The position numbers were made by a program, and so were the translations under genes. DNA of 63,988 bases, filler included, from Octopus bimaculoides (taxonomy: Eukaryota): the NCBI RefSeq assembly GCF_001194135.2. It is 7 parts of 5 records of this genome, joined end to end, with 100 filler letters (N's around TTAATTAATTAA, not from the genome) between each part and the next. Parts side by side here need not be neighbours in the genome. Positions count along the whole stretch, not along the records: positions 32,628 to 43,103 come from NC_068983.1; positions 43,204 to 56,422 come from NC_068984.1; 5 more parts are not named here. One strand, written 5' to 3'. The stretch's first letter is position 1, and each line of letters starts with the position of its first letter. Of the stretch, positions 39,621 to 51,831 are shown piece after piece. The notes below the pieces were generated by a model that ran no database searches, was not told the origin of the DNA, and saw only the letters and a list, made by a program, of their open reading frames with translations.

Positions 39621-42600
39621 ATGAGAAGAGAAAGAGAGAAAAGAAATAACAATAACAACAACAGCAACAGTGACGAAATAAATTTTACTATAATTACTAT
39701 ATATTTGTTCCACCCAATTTTATATCTAGTATTGTCTTAATTGTCGACATGTTCGGTTTTTTGACGAGCCTGTTAAACATCTTTAACCAAATTATTCCTT
39801 TGCTAGAAAATTACCAAATGTCTCAGTCTTCAAGCAAGAAGGTAAACATTTAAAAAAAAATTTTTTGGTATACAACAAAAAGTTTAATGAGAGCCTTTCT
39901 ATATTAAATTGAGCAAGATTGAGTTTCAGATTAATGAAAAGCAGAAAAGACAGTTCCAGGGTCTTTCTGAATGTCATATCTTCTAGTTGTGTTTAGCTTC
40001 TCGATAATATACCACATTCAATAGTAATTAATTCTCCTTAAAATCTTCTGGTTTGCATTATTGTTTTGATCAGGGCGCATCACCGACCTACATAATCCAG
40101 CTATAATATCAATAATTGCTCTCTGTTTTATTAGGCAATGACTACCTTTCCATTTAAAATGGTATCTGATTTGGCTGCAAAACATTGGCAAGTTATATTA
40201 TTTGACTCAGCTACACAGTGCAATATCGAACACAAGAACAGATTTATGACCCATTCACAAAACGGTTCAAGCAGAACCTTATTTGTTAATTCATTGTGCC
40301 TCGTAACCTTTCATACAAATATTGAATAGAATTGCTACGCTACTTTCTAAATGAGTAACAAAATCTCATGTTTTGTTTGCAATGATCAACAATATTTTGT
40401 ATTCAGCTATACAACTTTGTTTCAATACCTTTCATTGTCTACGTTTCATTGCTAATATACTCTCTCTGTTATTGTCAATGTTGTTGTTTCACTATAATTG
40501 TTGATATTGATGAAAATAGTTATTGAAATATATTCATAGAGTATATGACATGTTGTATTATTTTAATGTCACCCCAATGTTGCTAAAACATTTTATGTAT
40601 TCAGAAAATATACAGTTTTCTTCTCAGATTCTATTAGAAATCGGACACAATAAATGAATAACAATGCAGAGTAATCTTAATACAAAGACGGTTAATCGTT
40701 ATATATGTAAATGTATATATAGGATTGTGTGCATGAAGGTGCGTATGTATATACGTATATGAAAGTATGTATGTATATACATGCATACGTTATATAATAT
40801 ATACATACATACATATATAGACCGAGAGAAAATAGAGATAAAGACCTATGCATGTACACACACACACACACACACACACGCATATATATATATATATATA
40901 TATATAAACTAATATACATATTCACATATATACACAGATGTACACTTGCACTGATATATACAAATATATACCTGTATATATGCACAGGTTTAAATGCATT
41001 AATTCTATGTAGCCTTTTGTTTGTTTATTTCACCGTTTCGTTCTCCTGTATTGTTTTCCGTCCGCCNNNNNNNNNNNNNNNNNNNNNNNNNNNNNNNNNN
41101 NNNNNNNNNNNNNNNNNNNNNNNNNNNNNNNNNNNNNNNNNNNNNNNNNNNNNNNNNNNNNNNNNNNNNNNNNNNNNNNNNNNNNNNNNNNNNNNNNNNN
41201 NNNNNNNNNNNNNNNNNNNNNNNNNNNNNNNNNNNNNNNNNNNNNNNNNNNNNNNNNNNNNNNNNNNNNNNNNNNNNNNNNNNNNNNNNNNNNNNNNNNN
41301 NNNNNNNNNNNNNNNNNNNNNNNNNNNNNNNNNNNNNNNNNNNNNNNNNNNNNNNNNNNNNNNNNNNNNNNNNNNNNNNNNNNNNNNNNNNNNNNNNNNN
41401 NNNNNNNNNNNNNNNNNNNNNNNNNNNNNNNNNNNNNNNNNNNNNNNNNNNNNNNNNNNNNNNNNNNNNNNNNNNNNNNNNNNNNNNNNNNNNNNNNNNN
41501 NNNNNNNNNNNNNNNNNNNNNNNNNNNNNNNNNNNNNNNNNNNNNNNNNNNNNNNNNNNNNNNNNNNNNNNNNNNNNNNNNNNNNNNNNNNNNNNNNNNN
41601 NNNNNNNNNNNNNNNNNNNNNNNNNNNNNNNNNNNNNNNNNNNNNNNNNNNNNNNNNNNNNNNNNNNNNNNNNNNNNNNNNNNNNNNNNNNNNNNNNNNN
41701 NNNNNNNNNNNNNNNNNNNNNNNNNNNNNNNNNNNNNNNNNNNNNNNNNNNNNNNNNNNNNNNNNNNNNNNNNNNNNNNNNNNNNNNNNNNNNNNNNNNN
41801 NNNNNNNNNNNNNNNNNNNNNNNNNNNNNNNNNNNNNNNNNNNNNNNNNNNNNNNNNNNNNNNNNNNNNNNNNNNNNNNNNNNNNNNNNNNNNNNNNNNN
41901 NNNNNNNNNNNNNNNNNNNNNNNNNNNNNNNNNNNNNNNNNNNNNNNNNNNNNNNNNNNNNNNNNNNNNNNNNNNNNNNNNNNNNNNNNNNNNNNNNNNN
42001 NNNNNNNNNNNNNNNNNNNNNNNNNNNNNNNNNNNNNNNNNNNNNNNNNNNNNNNNNNNNNNNNNNATATATATACATATATGTATATATATGCATTTAA
42101 AAATATATGCGCGTGTGCACGCGTACGCCTGTGTATGTATGTATGTATGTATATGTATTTTTGTGTGTATGTGCGTCTGTGTGTGTGTGTTTGTCAGTAA
42201 TGTCCAAGCGACTGTCTCATCGAATTCAAAATTCATCTTATGATGAGACATGTGCTTCCTACACAATCCAGTCTCACAACACACACATACTCTGCGAAAC
42301 AATTACTTTTCTGCAACGGACGATTCTGTTTAATATTAATTCCAAATACGTAAAGGAAGACGCACATCCCATCGACTTAAAAAGATATGCGGAGATAGTT
42401 TTCAAATGATACCAAATAATCCACCAACATGGTAATACGTTTCGTTCAACAACTCTCTACTTGAATGTCCCATAATAATAAAAATTTACTTAGAAATGGA
42501 TTAATAGATTCTAGATACCGTCAGGTGGAGATTTTACGTTAGAGATTACTCGAGGAAAATTGTTTCAGGCGGCATTGAAGAGAATACTTTTGAATGTTTT

Positions 42601-43203
42601 AAGTAGATACCAATAATCATAGTCAGTGATTCCTTCTATTTCTTTTAGGGATTGATCTGTGGCATGACTAAATTCTCGTAATGCTTTGTTTGGAGTGAGG
42701 CGATGATAGAAGGCAGCAAGACAAAGAAGAGAATAGGGGAATATTGACACCTGGCTCTCTGGAGTGGAAGCGTCTGAGGTCCTAGAAGCGCACCGTACAA
42801 GCGATAGCGACTTTGATGGTGATGTGAGCACTCCGGCTGTTGTCCACAATATCTCCCAGGCCTCGTCTATTATTTCATTCCGTGAGTAGTTCACGGAAGA
42901 GAGTATCGTTGATTGAGAGCATTCTGTTTTCCAAAATGCGTGAGTTCAACTGTTATCTCATTTAAAAGCATTTTGCTTTTTTTTTCCGCTCTTTAATTAC
43001 TGGGCAAACGGGAGATTAATTTTGTGTTCATCGCTTTTGAAGCATGGAGTGATCTACAATTATTCTTATTTTAATGTACTTGATCACACACACACGCACA
43101 CACNNNNNNNNNNNNNNNNNNNNNNNNNNNNNNNNNNNNNNNNNNNNTTAATTAATTAANNNNNNNNNNNNNNNNNNNNNNNNNNNNNNNNNNNNNNNNN
43201 NNN

Positions 43204-43565
43204 GTTGGATGGTTTGACCAGAGCTGGCAAGCTAGGAAGATGCACCAAACTCCAGTCTGTTTTGGCATGGTTTCTACAGCTGGATGCCCTTCCTAATGCC
43301 AATCACTTTACTGAGTGTGCTGGGTGCTTTTATGTGGCACCACAGGCACTTTTACGCGGTACCACATGTTTGCTTTTATGTGATTCCACATGGGCTCTTT
43401 TACATGGAACCACATGGGCGCTTTCACACGGCACCGCCACAAGTACTTTTTATATGACATCAACACAGGACTCTTGTAGGTCAATCCTCACCACCAGGGG
43501 GACCAGTCTTAATATTTCTGCTGTGGAGTACGGGTCTTCTCGAGTACAGCAAGGTGCCAGGTAAC
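43204..43565 (-). mobile_element. RTE LINE 3' UTR fragment with short internal tandem units
   Basis: Matches the reverse complement of 20870-21000; repeated TTTT-AY-G/A-TGGCACCAC-like units at 43330-43460. Confidence 0.75.
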
Positions 43566-43891
43566 TCGGTACCCAAACACAATATACATTGGCATACACA
43601 AACTAACCACACACACACACACACACACATACACACATAGATTCACACACATGAACATGTATACACATACATACACACTTGCACCAACAAACATTTATGC
43701 ATTTAGAAACATGTGCGTATACACAAATGCATACCTATAGGGAAAGGGGGGAAAGGAAAGAGAAAGAGAAAAGGAGAAAGTAAGAGACATTGAGATAGAG
43801 GGAGAAAAAGAAAAGATGAGGCACAGACAAAAGCTGCCATATTGGAAAGGCAGAGATATTGATAATAAATTCTGCTGCAGGGTGTATCTAT

Positions 43892-43949
<58 letters not shown>

Positions 43950-44019
43950 CAACAACGACAATAATAACACCAGTCGTCATCATCATCATAATCATGATGA
44001 CGACGATTATTATTATTAA

Positions 44020-44225
44020 GGTGGGAAGCTGGCAGAATTGTTAATATGCTGGACAAAGTGCTTAGTGGCATTTCGTCTGTATATAAATTCTGTGTTCAAA
44101 TTCTGATGAGGTTGACTCTACCTTTCATCCTTTCAGGGTCAGCAAAATAACTATCAGTCAAGCACTGGGGTCAATGTAATCGACTTAACTTCTCTCCCAA
44201 AATTACTTGCCTTCTACTAAGATTT
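44020..44225 (+). mobile_element. SINE family B
   Basis: Homologous to 16785-16990; sits between (AAT)n and (TTA)n tracts. Confidence 0.8.
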
Positions 44226-44243
44226 GAAACCATTCTCAATATT

Positions 44244-44282
<39 letters not shown>

Positions 44283-45471
44283 TTTTGTTTTTTCATCTTT
44301 CTTCAAATTTTCTTCCATTTCTCGCCGAGTGTTTTCCGTACTCCTAGGGCAGAGAAGCTCATTGTATGCATTCCCAGAAAGTGCTGACCAAAATTGGATG
44401 TATGGAACCTGGAATGCTACTGAGTGTCACTGCAATTTACNNNNNNNNNNNNNNNNNNNNNNNNNNNNNNNNNNNNNNNNNNNNNNNNNNNNNNNNNNNN
44501 NNNNNNNNNNNNNNNNNNNNNNNNNNNNNNNNNNNNNNNNNNNNNNNNNNNNNNNNNNNNNNNNNNNNNNNNNNNNNNNNNNNNNNNNNNNNNNNNNNNN
44601 NNNNNNNNNNNNNNNNNNNNNNNNNNNNNNNNNNNNNNNNNNNNNNNNNNNNNNNNNNNNNNNNNNNNNNNNNNNNNNNNNNNNNNNNNNNNNNNNNNNN
44701 NNNNNNNNNNNNNNNNNNNNNNNNNNNNNNNNNNNNNNNNNNNNNNNNNNNNNNNNNNNNNNNNNNNNNNNNNNNNNNNNNNNNNNNNNNNNNNNNNNNN
44801 NNNNNNNNNNNNNNNNNNNNNNNNNNNNNNNNNNNNNNNNNNNNNNNNNNNNNNNNNNNNNNNNNNNNNNNNNNNNNNNNNNNNNNNNNNNNNNNNNNNN
44901 NNNNNNNNNNNNNNNNNNNNNNNNNNNNNNNNNNNNNNNNNNNNNNNNNNNNNNNNNNNNNNNNNNNNNNNNNNNNNNNNNNNNNNNNNNNNNNNNNNNN
45001 NNNNNNNNNNNNNNNNNNNNNNNNNNNNNNNNNNNNNNNNNNNNNNNNNNNNNNNNNNNNNNNNNNNNNNNNNNNNNNNNNNNNNNNNNNNNNNNNNNNN
45101 NNNNNNNNNNNNNNNNNNNNNNNNNNNNNNNNNNNNNNNNNNNNNNNNNNNNNNNNNNNNNNNNNNNNNNNNNNNNNNNNNNNNNNNNNNNNNNGGCGGC
45201 AGTAACAGTGGTGGAGGTAGCGGCAGTGTGGGCGGCAGCAGCGGTGGCAGAGTAGTGGCAACATGTTTACCCTTAATTTTATCCCCAAATAGAATCAGTA
45301 TAACACTTCGTGGCAACACTGGTCCTATCCAATTATTGATACAGTTGATCTGGTTGGCTTCCACATTGTTTCCATTAACTGAATTTCATTTAAGAAGCTT
45401 GGCTTAATCCAATGTCCCCTTAATGCATAGGCACACCGGGCATGTATGACCTATGTATGCTGTGGCTCACT

Positions 45472-46097
45472 GTCATCATCATCATCATCATCATCATCGT
45501 TTAACATCCGTTTTCCATGCTAGCATGGGTTGGACTGTTCAACTGTGGTCTGGGAAACCAGGAGGCTGCACCAGGCACCAGTCTGATCTGGCAGCATTTC
45601 TACAGCTGGATGCGCTTCCTAATGCCAATCACTCTGTGAGTGTAGTGGGTGCTTTTTACGTACCACCGGCACAGGGTCCAGAGGAGGCTGGCAACGGCCA
45701 TGATCGGTTGGTGCTTTTTACATGACACCGGCACAGAAGCCAGTCAAGGTGGCGCTGGCATCGGCCATGTTAGGATGGTGCTTTTTACATGCCATGGGTA
45801 TCACAACTACAATTTCCATTTGATTTTCATTTTGATGTTGATGTACTTGACTCAATAGGTCTCCTCAAGCACAGGAGGTCACCCTACGATCCTAGGTACT
45901 TTTGAATGGGCTGGGGCTGGTTATGCGAAACTGGTGTAGAATACAGCCGTGAACTCACTTTATTTGCTGGGTCTTCACAGTCACAGCATATATCCAGAGG
46001 TCTCGGTCTTTTATCATTGCCTCTGTGAGGCCCAGCATTCAAAGGTCATGCTTCACCCCCTCATTCCATGTCTTCCTGGGTCTACCTCTACCCCGGA
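45472..46097 (-). mobile_element. RTE LINE 3' end
   Basis: The minus strand reads RGRGRPRKTWNEGVKHDL*MLGLTEAMIKDRDLWIYAV, then a 3' UTR and (GAT)n tail. Confidence 0.85.
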
Positions 46098-46399
46098 ATA
46101 TTTCCAGAGCCCAGTACATTGATTTGCCCAGGGGCTTACAATACTTCTAAGATGATCCTGAGTTAACCCTAGGGTTTGGTAAAAGACACTTGCACAAGGT
46201 CCAAACACTGTGGAATTGGACCCTGGATTTCACGATTGCAACGTAAGCTTCTTAACTATTTGGACACTCTTAAGCTGATGAAAGCACTAATAACAACAAC
46301 TACAACATCAATATAGATAACAACATCAAGGACAGTACAGCATCAAAAACAATAAAAACATAAATAATAACAACAAAATAAACAACAACAACAGCAATA

Positions 46400-46755
46400 A
46401 AGTTGTTGGCACTCCGTCACTTGCGACGTCGAGGGTTCCAGTTGATCCGATCAACGGAACAGCCTGCTCGTGAAATTAACGTGCAAGTGGATGAGCACTC
46501 CACAGACACGTGTACCCTTAACATAGTTCTCGGGGATATTCAGCGTGATGGAGTGTGACAAGGCTGACCCTTTGAATTACAGGCACAACAGAAACAGGAA
46601 GTAAGAGTGAGAGAAAGTTGTGGTGAAAGAGTACAGCAGGGTTCGCCACGATCCCCTGCCGGAGCCACGTGGAGCTTCAGGTGTTTTCGCTCAATAAACA
46701 CTCACAACGCCCGATCTAGGAATCGAAACCACGATCCTATGATCGCGAGTCCGCT
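46400..46755 (-). mobile_element. tRNA-derived SINE family D (3' half shared with 54525-55160)
   Basis: GATCCGATCAACGGAACAGCCTGCTCGTGAAATTAAC is the reverse complement of the 54780-54810 segment; B-box-like GGTTTCGATTCC on the minus strand. Confidence 0.75.
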
Positions 46756-47484
46756 NNNNNNNNNNNNNNNNNNNNNNNNNNNNNNNNNNNNNNNNNNNNN
46801 NNNNNNNNNNNNNNNNNNNNNNNNNNNNNNNNNNNNNNNNNNNTAATAAAGAATGATAGGGAATAGAAGTATTTAAAAGGATCAGTGAAATTTCAAATAT
46901 TACTAAATAACATCCTTTCAACTACTTAATAGTTGACATTTTTTAAGTTTTATCACTTAATATTTAATGTCTTTAATATACCATTGATTAATCTTATTTT
47001 TTATAATGCAATTAACATTTCAATATTTCAAATTTTAATTGAAAGCAAAATTACAATATTCTAAAAGATACATATATGTAGATGTTTGGAAAAAAATTAC
47101 AAAATTTTGGTCAATTATGGTTTTGAATTAAATTCTTCAACAATTCAGATCCTACTACTCTATTTAATATAAATTCCTGGTTTTCTCTGTAAATATTGGT
47201 TTTCTTTGTAAGTTCTGGTTCTTCATAAATCTTTGTCTTCTCACTAAGTCACTAAACCATGGCCTTTCCTCTGTAAGTTTCTGGTTTTCTTTCTTTCTAT
47301 AAAGGTGCAGAAATAGCTGTGTGATTAAGAATCTTACTTTGTAACCATAGGTGTTGAGTTCAATCCCACTTAAGTCTCACTGTATGGAACATTGGGCAAT
47401 TTTTTTCTAATATAGCCTCAAGCAACAAGTGCCTTGTATGTGAATTTAGTAGATGGAAACTGTGTGGTAGCAAATAATAATAGC

Positions 47485-47538
<54 letters not shown>

Positions 47539-47621
47539 TATAATGAGAAGAAGAAGAAGAAGAAGAAGAAGAAGAAGAAGAAGAAGAAGAAGAAGAAGAA
47601 GAAGAAGAAGAAGAAGAAGAA

Positions 47622-47960
47622 GAAATTGCAGGAATGTGAACAATGAAGAGAGTGTCTGTCATTCCAGTAATTGTAGGGACACTCGGGGCACTCGCAACCA
47701 AGTTCAAGAAGCATGTCAAAAGAAATCGGAATTGACATGAGAGCAGAGTAAGCCCAAAAAACTGCTCTGCTGGGGACAGTTAGGATTTTGAGATTGGTAC
47801 TTGGATGTTAAATGTCTCCCACAATAATTTACAACCGAATATCAAAGCTTATAATGTGCAGAAAGAGACCCTGTGAGACCTCTGACAGCAGGCTGCTGTC
47901 CACTCTCACAGAATCCACCAGAACAAACAAGACCGAACATTCTGAAAAGTAAAACAATAA
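47622..47960 (+). mobile_element. R4/Dong-like RLE 3' fragment embedded in (AAT)n
   Basis: EIAGM*TMKRVSVIPVIVGTL..ATKFKKHV..AQKTALLGTVRILRLVLGC*. (AAT)n(GAA)n lies upstream and AATAATAAT downstream. Confidence 0.75.
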
Positions 47961-47974
47961 TAATCTTTTCTACT

Positions 47975-48174
47975 AAAGGCACAAGGCCTGAAATTTGTGG
48001 GGAGAGGACTAGTCAACTACATCAACCCCAGTGTTTCACTGGTACTTGATTTATCGACCCCAAAGTGATGAAAGGCAAAGTCGACCTCAGTGGAATTTGA
48101 ACTCAGAACATAGAGGCAGACGAAATATCACTAAGTATTTTGCCCGGCATGCTAACTATTCTGCCAGCTTGCCA

Positions 48175-48178
<4 letters not shown>
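47975..48178 (-). mobile_element. SINE family B
   Basis: Reverse-complement match to 44020-44225. Confidence 0.8.
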
Positions 48179-48259
<81 letters not shown>

Positions 48260-48949
48260 GAAGAAGAAGAAGAAGAAACAACAAAAGCTATAAAACAAAT
48301 GAAATCCAAACTAAAACTNNNNNNNNNNNNNNNNNNNNNNNNNNNNNNNNNNNNNNNNNNNNNNNNNNNNNNNNNNNNNNNNNNNNNNNNNNNNNNNNNN
48401 NNNNNNNNNNNNNNNNNNNNNNNNNNNNNNNNNNNNNNNNNNNNNNNNNNNNNNNNNNNNNNNNNNNNNNNNNNNNNNNNNNNNNNNNNNNNNNNNNNNN
48501 NNNNNNNNNNNNNNNNNNNNNNNNNNNNNNNNNNNNNNNNNNNNNNNNNNNNNNNNNNNNNNNNNNNNNNNNNNNNNNNNNNNNNNNNNNNNNNNNNNNN
48601 NNNNNNNNNNNNNNNNNNNNNNNNNNNNNNNNNNNNNNNNNNNNNNNNNNNNNNNNNNNNNNNNNNNNNNNNNNNNNNNNNNNNNNNNNNNNNNNNNNNN
48701 NNNNNNNNNNNNNNNNNNNNNNNNNNNNNNNNNNNNNNNNNNNNNNNNNNNNNNNNNNNNNNNNNNNNNNNNNNNNNNNNNNNNNNNNNNNNNNNNNNNN
48801 NNNNNNNNNNNNNNNNNNNNNNNNNNNNNNNNNNNNNNNNNNNNNNNNNNNNNNNNNNNNNNNNNNNNNNNNNNNNNNNNNNNNNNNNNNNNNNNNNNNN
48901 NNNNNNNNNNNNNNNNNNNNNNNNNNNNNNNNNNNNNNNNNNNNNNNNN

Positions 48950-49285
48950 TGACAACGTTTCTCTAAAAGAAATGGAAAAACTTTCAAAATACAAAGACCT
49001 GGAAATAGAGATAACTCGAATGTGGAATCTAAAAACAGAAACCATTCCTATCATAGTAGGTGCCTTAGGTATAATAAAAAAATATTCAGACAAATACATA
49101 ACAAAAATACCAGGACTTACAAATATATATAACATACAGAAAATTGCACTACTGGGTACTGCACACATTCTACGCAAAACACTTTTAATACAGTAAACAT
49201 AAGAGCACCACAGCAAACCACAGCACATACCCAAGGCGCACAGAGCTGCGCTCGGTAGTGAAGTGAAAGCACGTTATAAAAATAA
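48950..49285 (+). mobile_element. R4/Dong-like RLE 3' end, well preserved (5' part in gap)
   Basis: Open frame MEKLSKYKDLEIEITRMWNLKTETIPIIVGALGIIKKY..IQKIALLGTAHILRKTL; a short UTR is followed by (AAT)n. Confidence 0.85.
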
Positions 49286-49313
49286 AACTACTGAATAATA
49301 ATAATAATAATAT

Positions 49314-49349
<36 letters not shown>

Positions 49350-49985
49350 TAGTAAAGCAATAGCAATCATAATACTTGCGAGAAAAAGTTATTGAAAATG
49401 TTTCTAAAGAAACAGAAGGTGAATATCTATATTTATGAAAACATTCCAAATAGATGTATTTCTAAATAGCACTAAATTGGTCAGGTCAAGCTTTGTGTCA
49501 GGGGAGCTAACATGATAAGGTTAGGTGCAAAGTTTAGCAATTTTATCCAACCAGGGTCAGCAGTGACGTGTCTATGAAGCTAACTCTGAACACAATAAAA
49601 TGGAAATGCTATGAATTTCTAACTAAAATTGCATTGAAGAGTTGTTACACTGACAAACAAATATATATAGTTTCATTGATTTTTTTCAAAACTTCCATTA
49701 AATATTTAGGTTCAACAAGAGAATGACTTCTATGTCAGTTACATTTCTTCTAATAGAGAATTTAGTAGTAAATTCTATAAAAATAAAATAATTTTTCTGG
49801 AGATTTTGAAAGAAACATGAAAATTTCAGCCTGTGGTTATGAGTCTTCATACCAGTGCTCGCTGACTTACTTGTATGTGTGGCTGCATTCATTTGGTGTG
49901 GGTTGAGCTGGCTATGACCAACAAGGACACTGTATCCCTCACAAATGCTGTCCACATTTGACTGTCAGCTGATGCTGCCATTTCC

Positions 49986-50670
49986 GGATCTATTTCAAAA
50001 TGGTGGCACCAGTATTTTCTTAACGAAACACTAACGAAACACTTTGAAACTTGGGACACTGGTAGAATGTGTCATATAAAACATCTTTTACTCTTAGTCT
50101 TCTTAACAAAAAAAAGGAATTCGCAAGTTATTCCATGTTAAAGTTGTCGTATTTCTGTAATTTCAACCAATCACTGACGTCTATTCAGCTCAATAGAGTT
50201 ACTGCTGGGCGGTCATAAAAATGTTATTCCCTGTGACATATTTCATCTGGTTTAATCGTAATTTATACGCATATATTGTTTATATAATAAATTACGCTGT
50301 GNNNNNNNNNNNNNNNNNNNNNNNNNNNNNNNNNNNNNNTTTTAGAGTTCGGATTCTAGAGTTAGGGTTAGTTTTAGGGTTAGGGTTACGGTTACGGTTA
50401 CGGTTAACAGTCTAGTTAGGGTTAGGGTTAGGGGATTAATACGATATACACCGTTACAGCGCTAACTGTTTTCAACTGAATAGACGTCAGTGATTAGTAG
50501 AAATTATCGAAATAAGACAATTTTTTATATGAAATAAATTCGAATACAAAAATATTTTTCTGTTCTATAACACAAAATAGATAAGTATACGAAGTTTGAA
50601 AGTCTTTCCGTACCAAAAACACTACATAAAACATAAATGAAAACTGGCGCCCCCGTTTTAAAATAGATCC
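49986..50670. mobile_element. Non-autonomous foldback DNA transposon with 8-bp TSD CCATTTCC and internal TTAGGG repeats
   Basis: CCATTTCC at 49978-49985 and 50671-50678. TIR GGATCTATTTCAAAATGGTGGCACCAGT vs rc GGATCTATTTTAAAACGGGGGCGCCAGT. Inner inverted homology 50120-50205 / 50457-50545. TTAGGG/TTACGG units at 50362-50434. Confidence 0.9.
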
Positions 50671-50769
50671 CCATTTCCTATTGAGGTGTAGAGTTCATGT
50701 TCAGAGTTCCAGTGGGAATACCTGTAAGATATCATGACTCAGGGAGGGATGAATTATCATAACCAATGG

Positions 50770-50830
50770 GTGAAGGCACATGGCTCAGTGGTTAGAGCAT
50801 CAGGCTTACAATCATGAGGTAGTGAGTTCA
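50770..50830 (+). mobile_element. Isolated tRNA-derived SINE head
   Basis: TGGCTCAGTGGTTAGAGC A-box; the sequence breaks off at the B-box. Confidence 0.7.
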
Positions 50831-51158
50831 TAGAACTGAACAAAATCAAAAATATTAATTTTAATTGTAATGATGGAGAGGAGTAAAGAGTTTCCCTTTC
50901 CTTAATACTCACAAGAGCATAGTATGAGGGAGGTTTGGTTGCTATTTCTAGCAAATTGAACAGCCACACAGAGAGTAATTCATTGGCTCATTTGTTGATG
51001 TGTATAAGTAAACAAAAACGAAAGGAAAAACAGACAGTAGCAAACACACACACACACACACACACATATATGAATGGGCAGAATTATGATGTAAACATGC
51101 TAAAACCCCTCATAACTTTTTTTATTTTTACAAATTTTTACAAGATTTTTCCAATTCT

Positions 51159-51800
51159 GGGATCTTTGTGGTTTGTCAGTGTTTACAATTATCATTGAAA
51201 AATATTTTTAATGTATCATACAGATGCAATTTTTGACATTGAATCTGAATTTGTTATTCATTTCTTCCAAAACAAATTTGTGAAAATGTTACAGGTTTTC
51301 AAAGTTTGATCATTTTCAGAATTTTCAGCCAATCAGAAAACAGCATGTTCGCTACCTCTTCCATCATCAGGACAGGGCAGGGGAAATCAGCGTGTCAAAA
51401 CATTAAACTAGCAATGTGAGGAAATGAAATATTTAAAAGCTACAAACAAACAAACCAACAGGATTTGCTGGAAATAACAGTCAAAACATTAAAATATACA
51501 CAAGGTAAGTTAATATTAAAACATTTGCGAGCAAATTAAATATTAAAAAGCTATGAACAAGCCAACAGGAGTTGCTAGAAATAACTGTCACAACATTGTT
51601 TAAAACCGACATTTATTACTCTTTTACTATTTTACTTGTTTCAGTCATTTGACTGTGGCCATGCTGGAGCACCGCCTTTAGTCGAGCAAATCGACCCCAG
51701 GACTTATTCTTTGTAAGCCTAATACTTATTCTTTCGGTCACTTTTGCCGAAGCACTAAGTTACGAGGATGTAAACACACCAGCATCAGTTNNNNNNNNNN

Positions 51801-51831
<31 letters not shown>

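Noticed and set aside
39990-40330. Open frames on both strands with some splice-like sites
   Set aside because: No recognisable domain, and the implied intron is only ~45 nt.
50362-50434. TTAGGG repeats as a chromosome end or fusion site
   Set aside because: Short, degenerate, and enclosed by TIRs and a TSD.
50770-50830. tRNA gene candidates at SINE heads
   Set aside because: A/B boxes run into SINE bodies or break off; no complete cloverleaf is seen.
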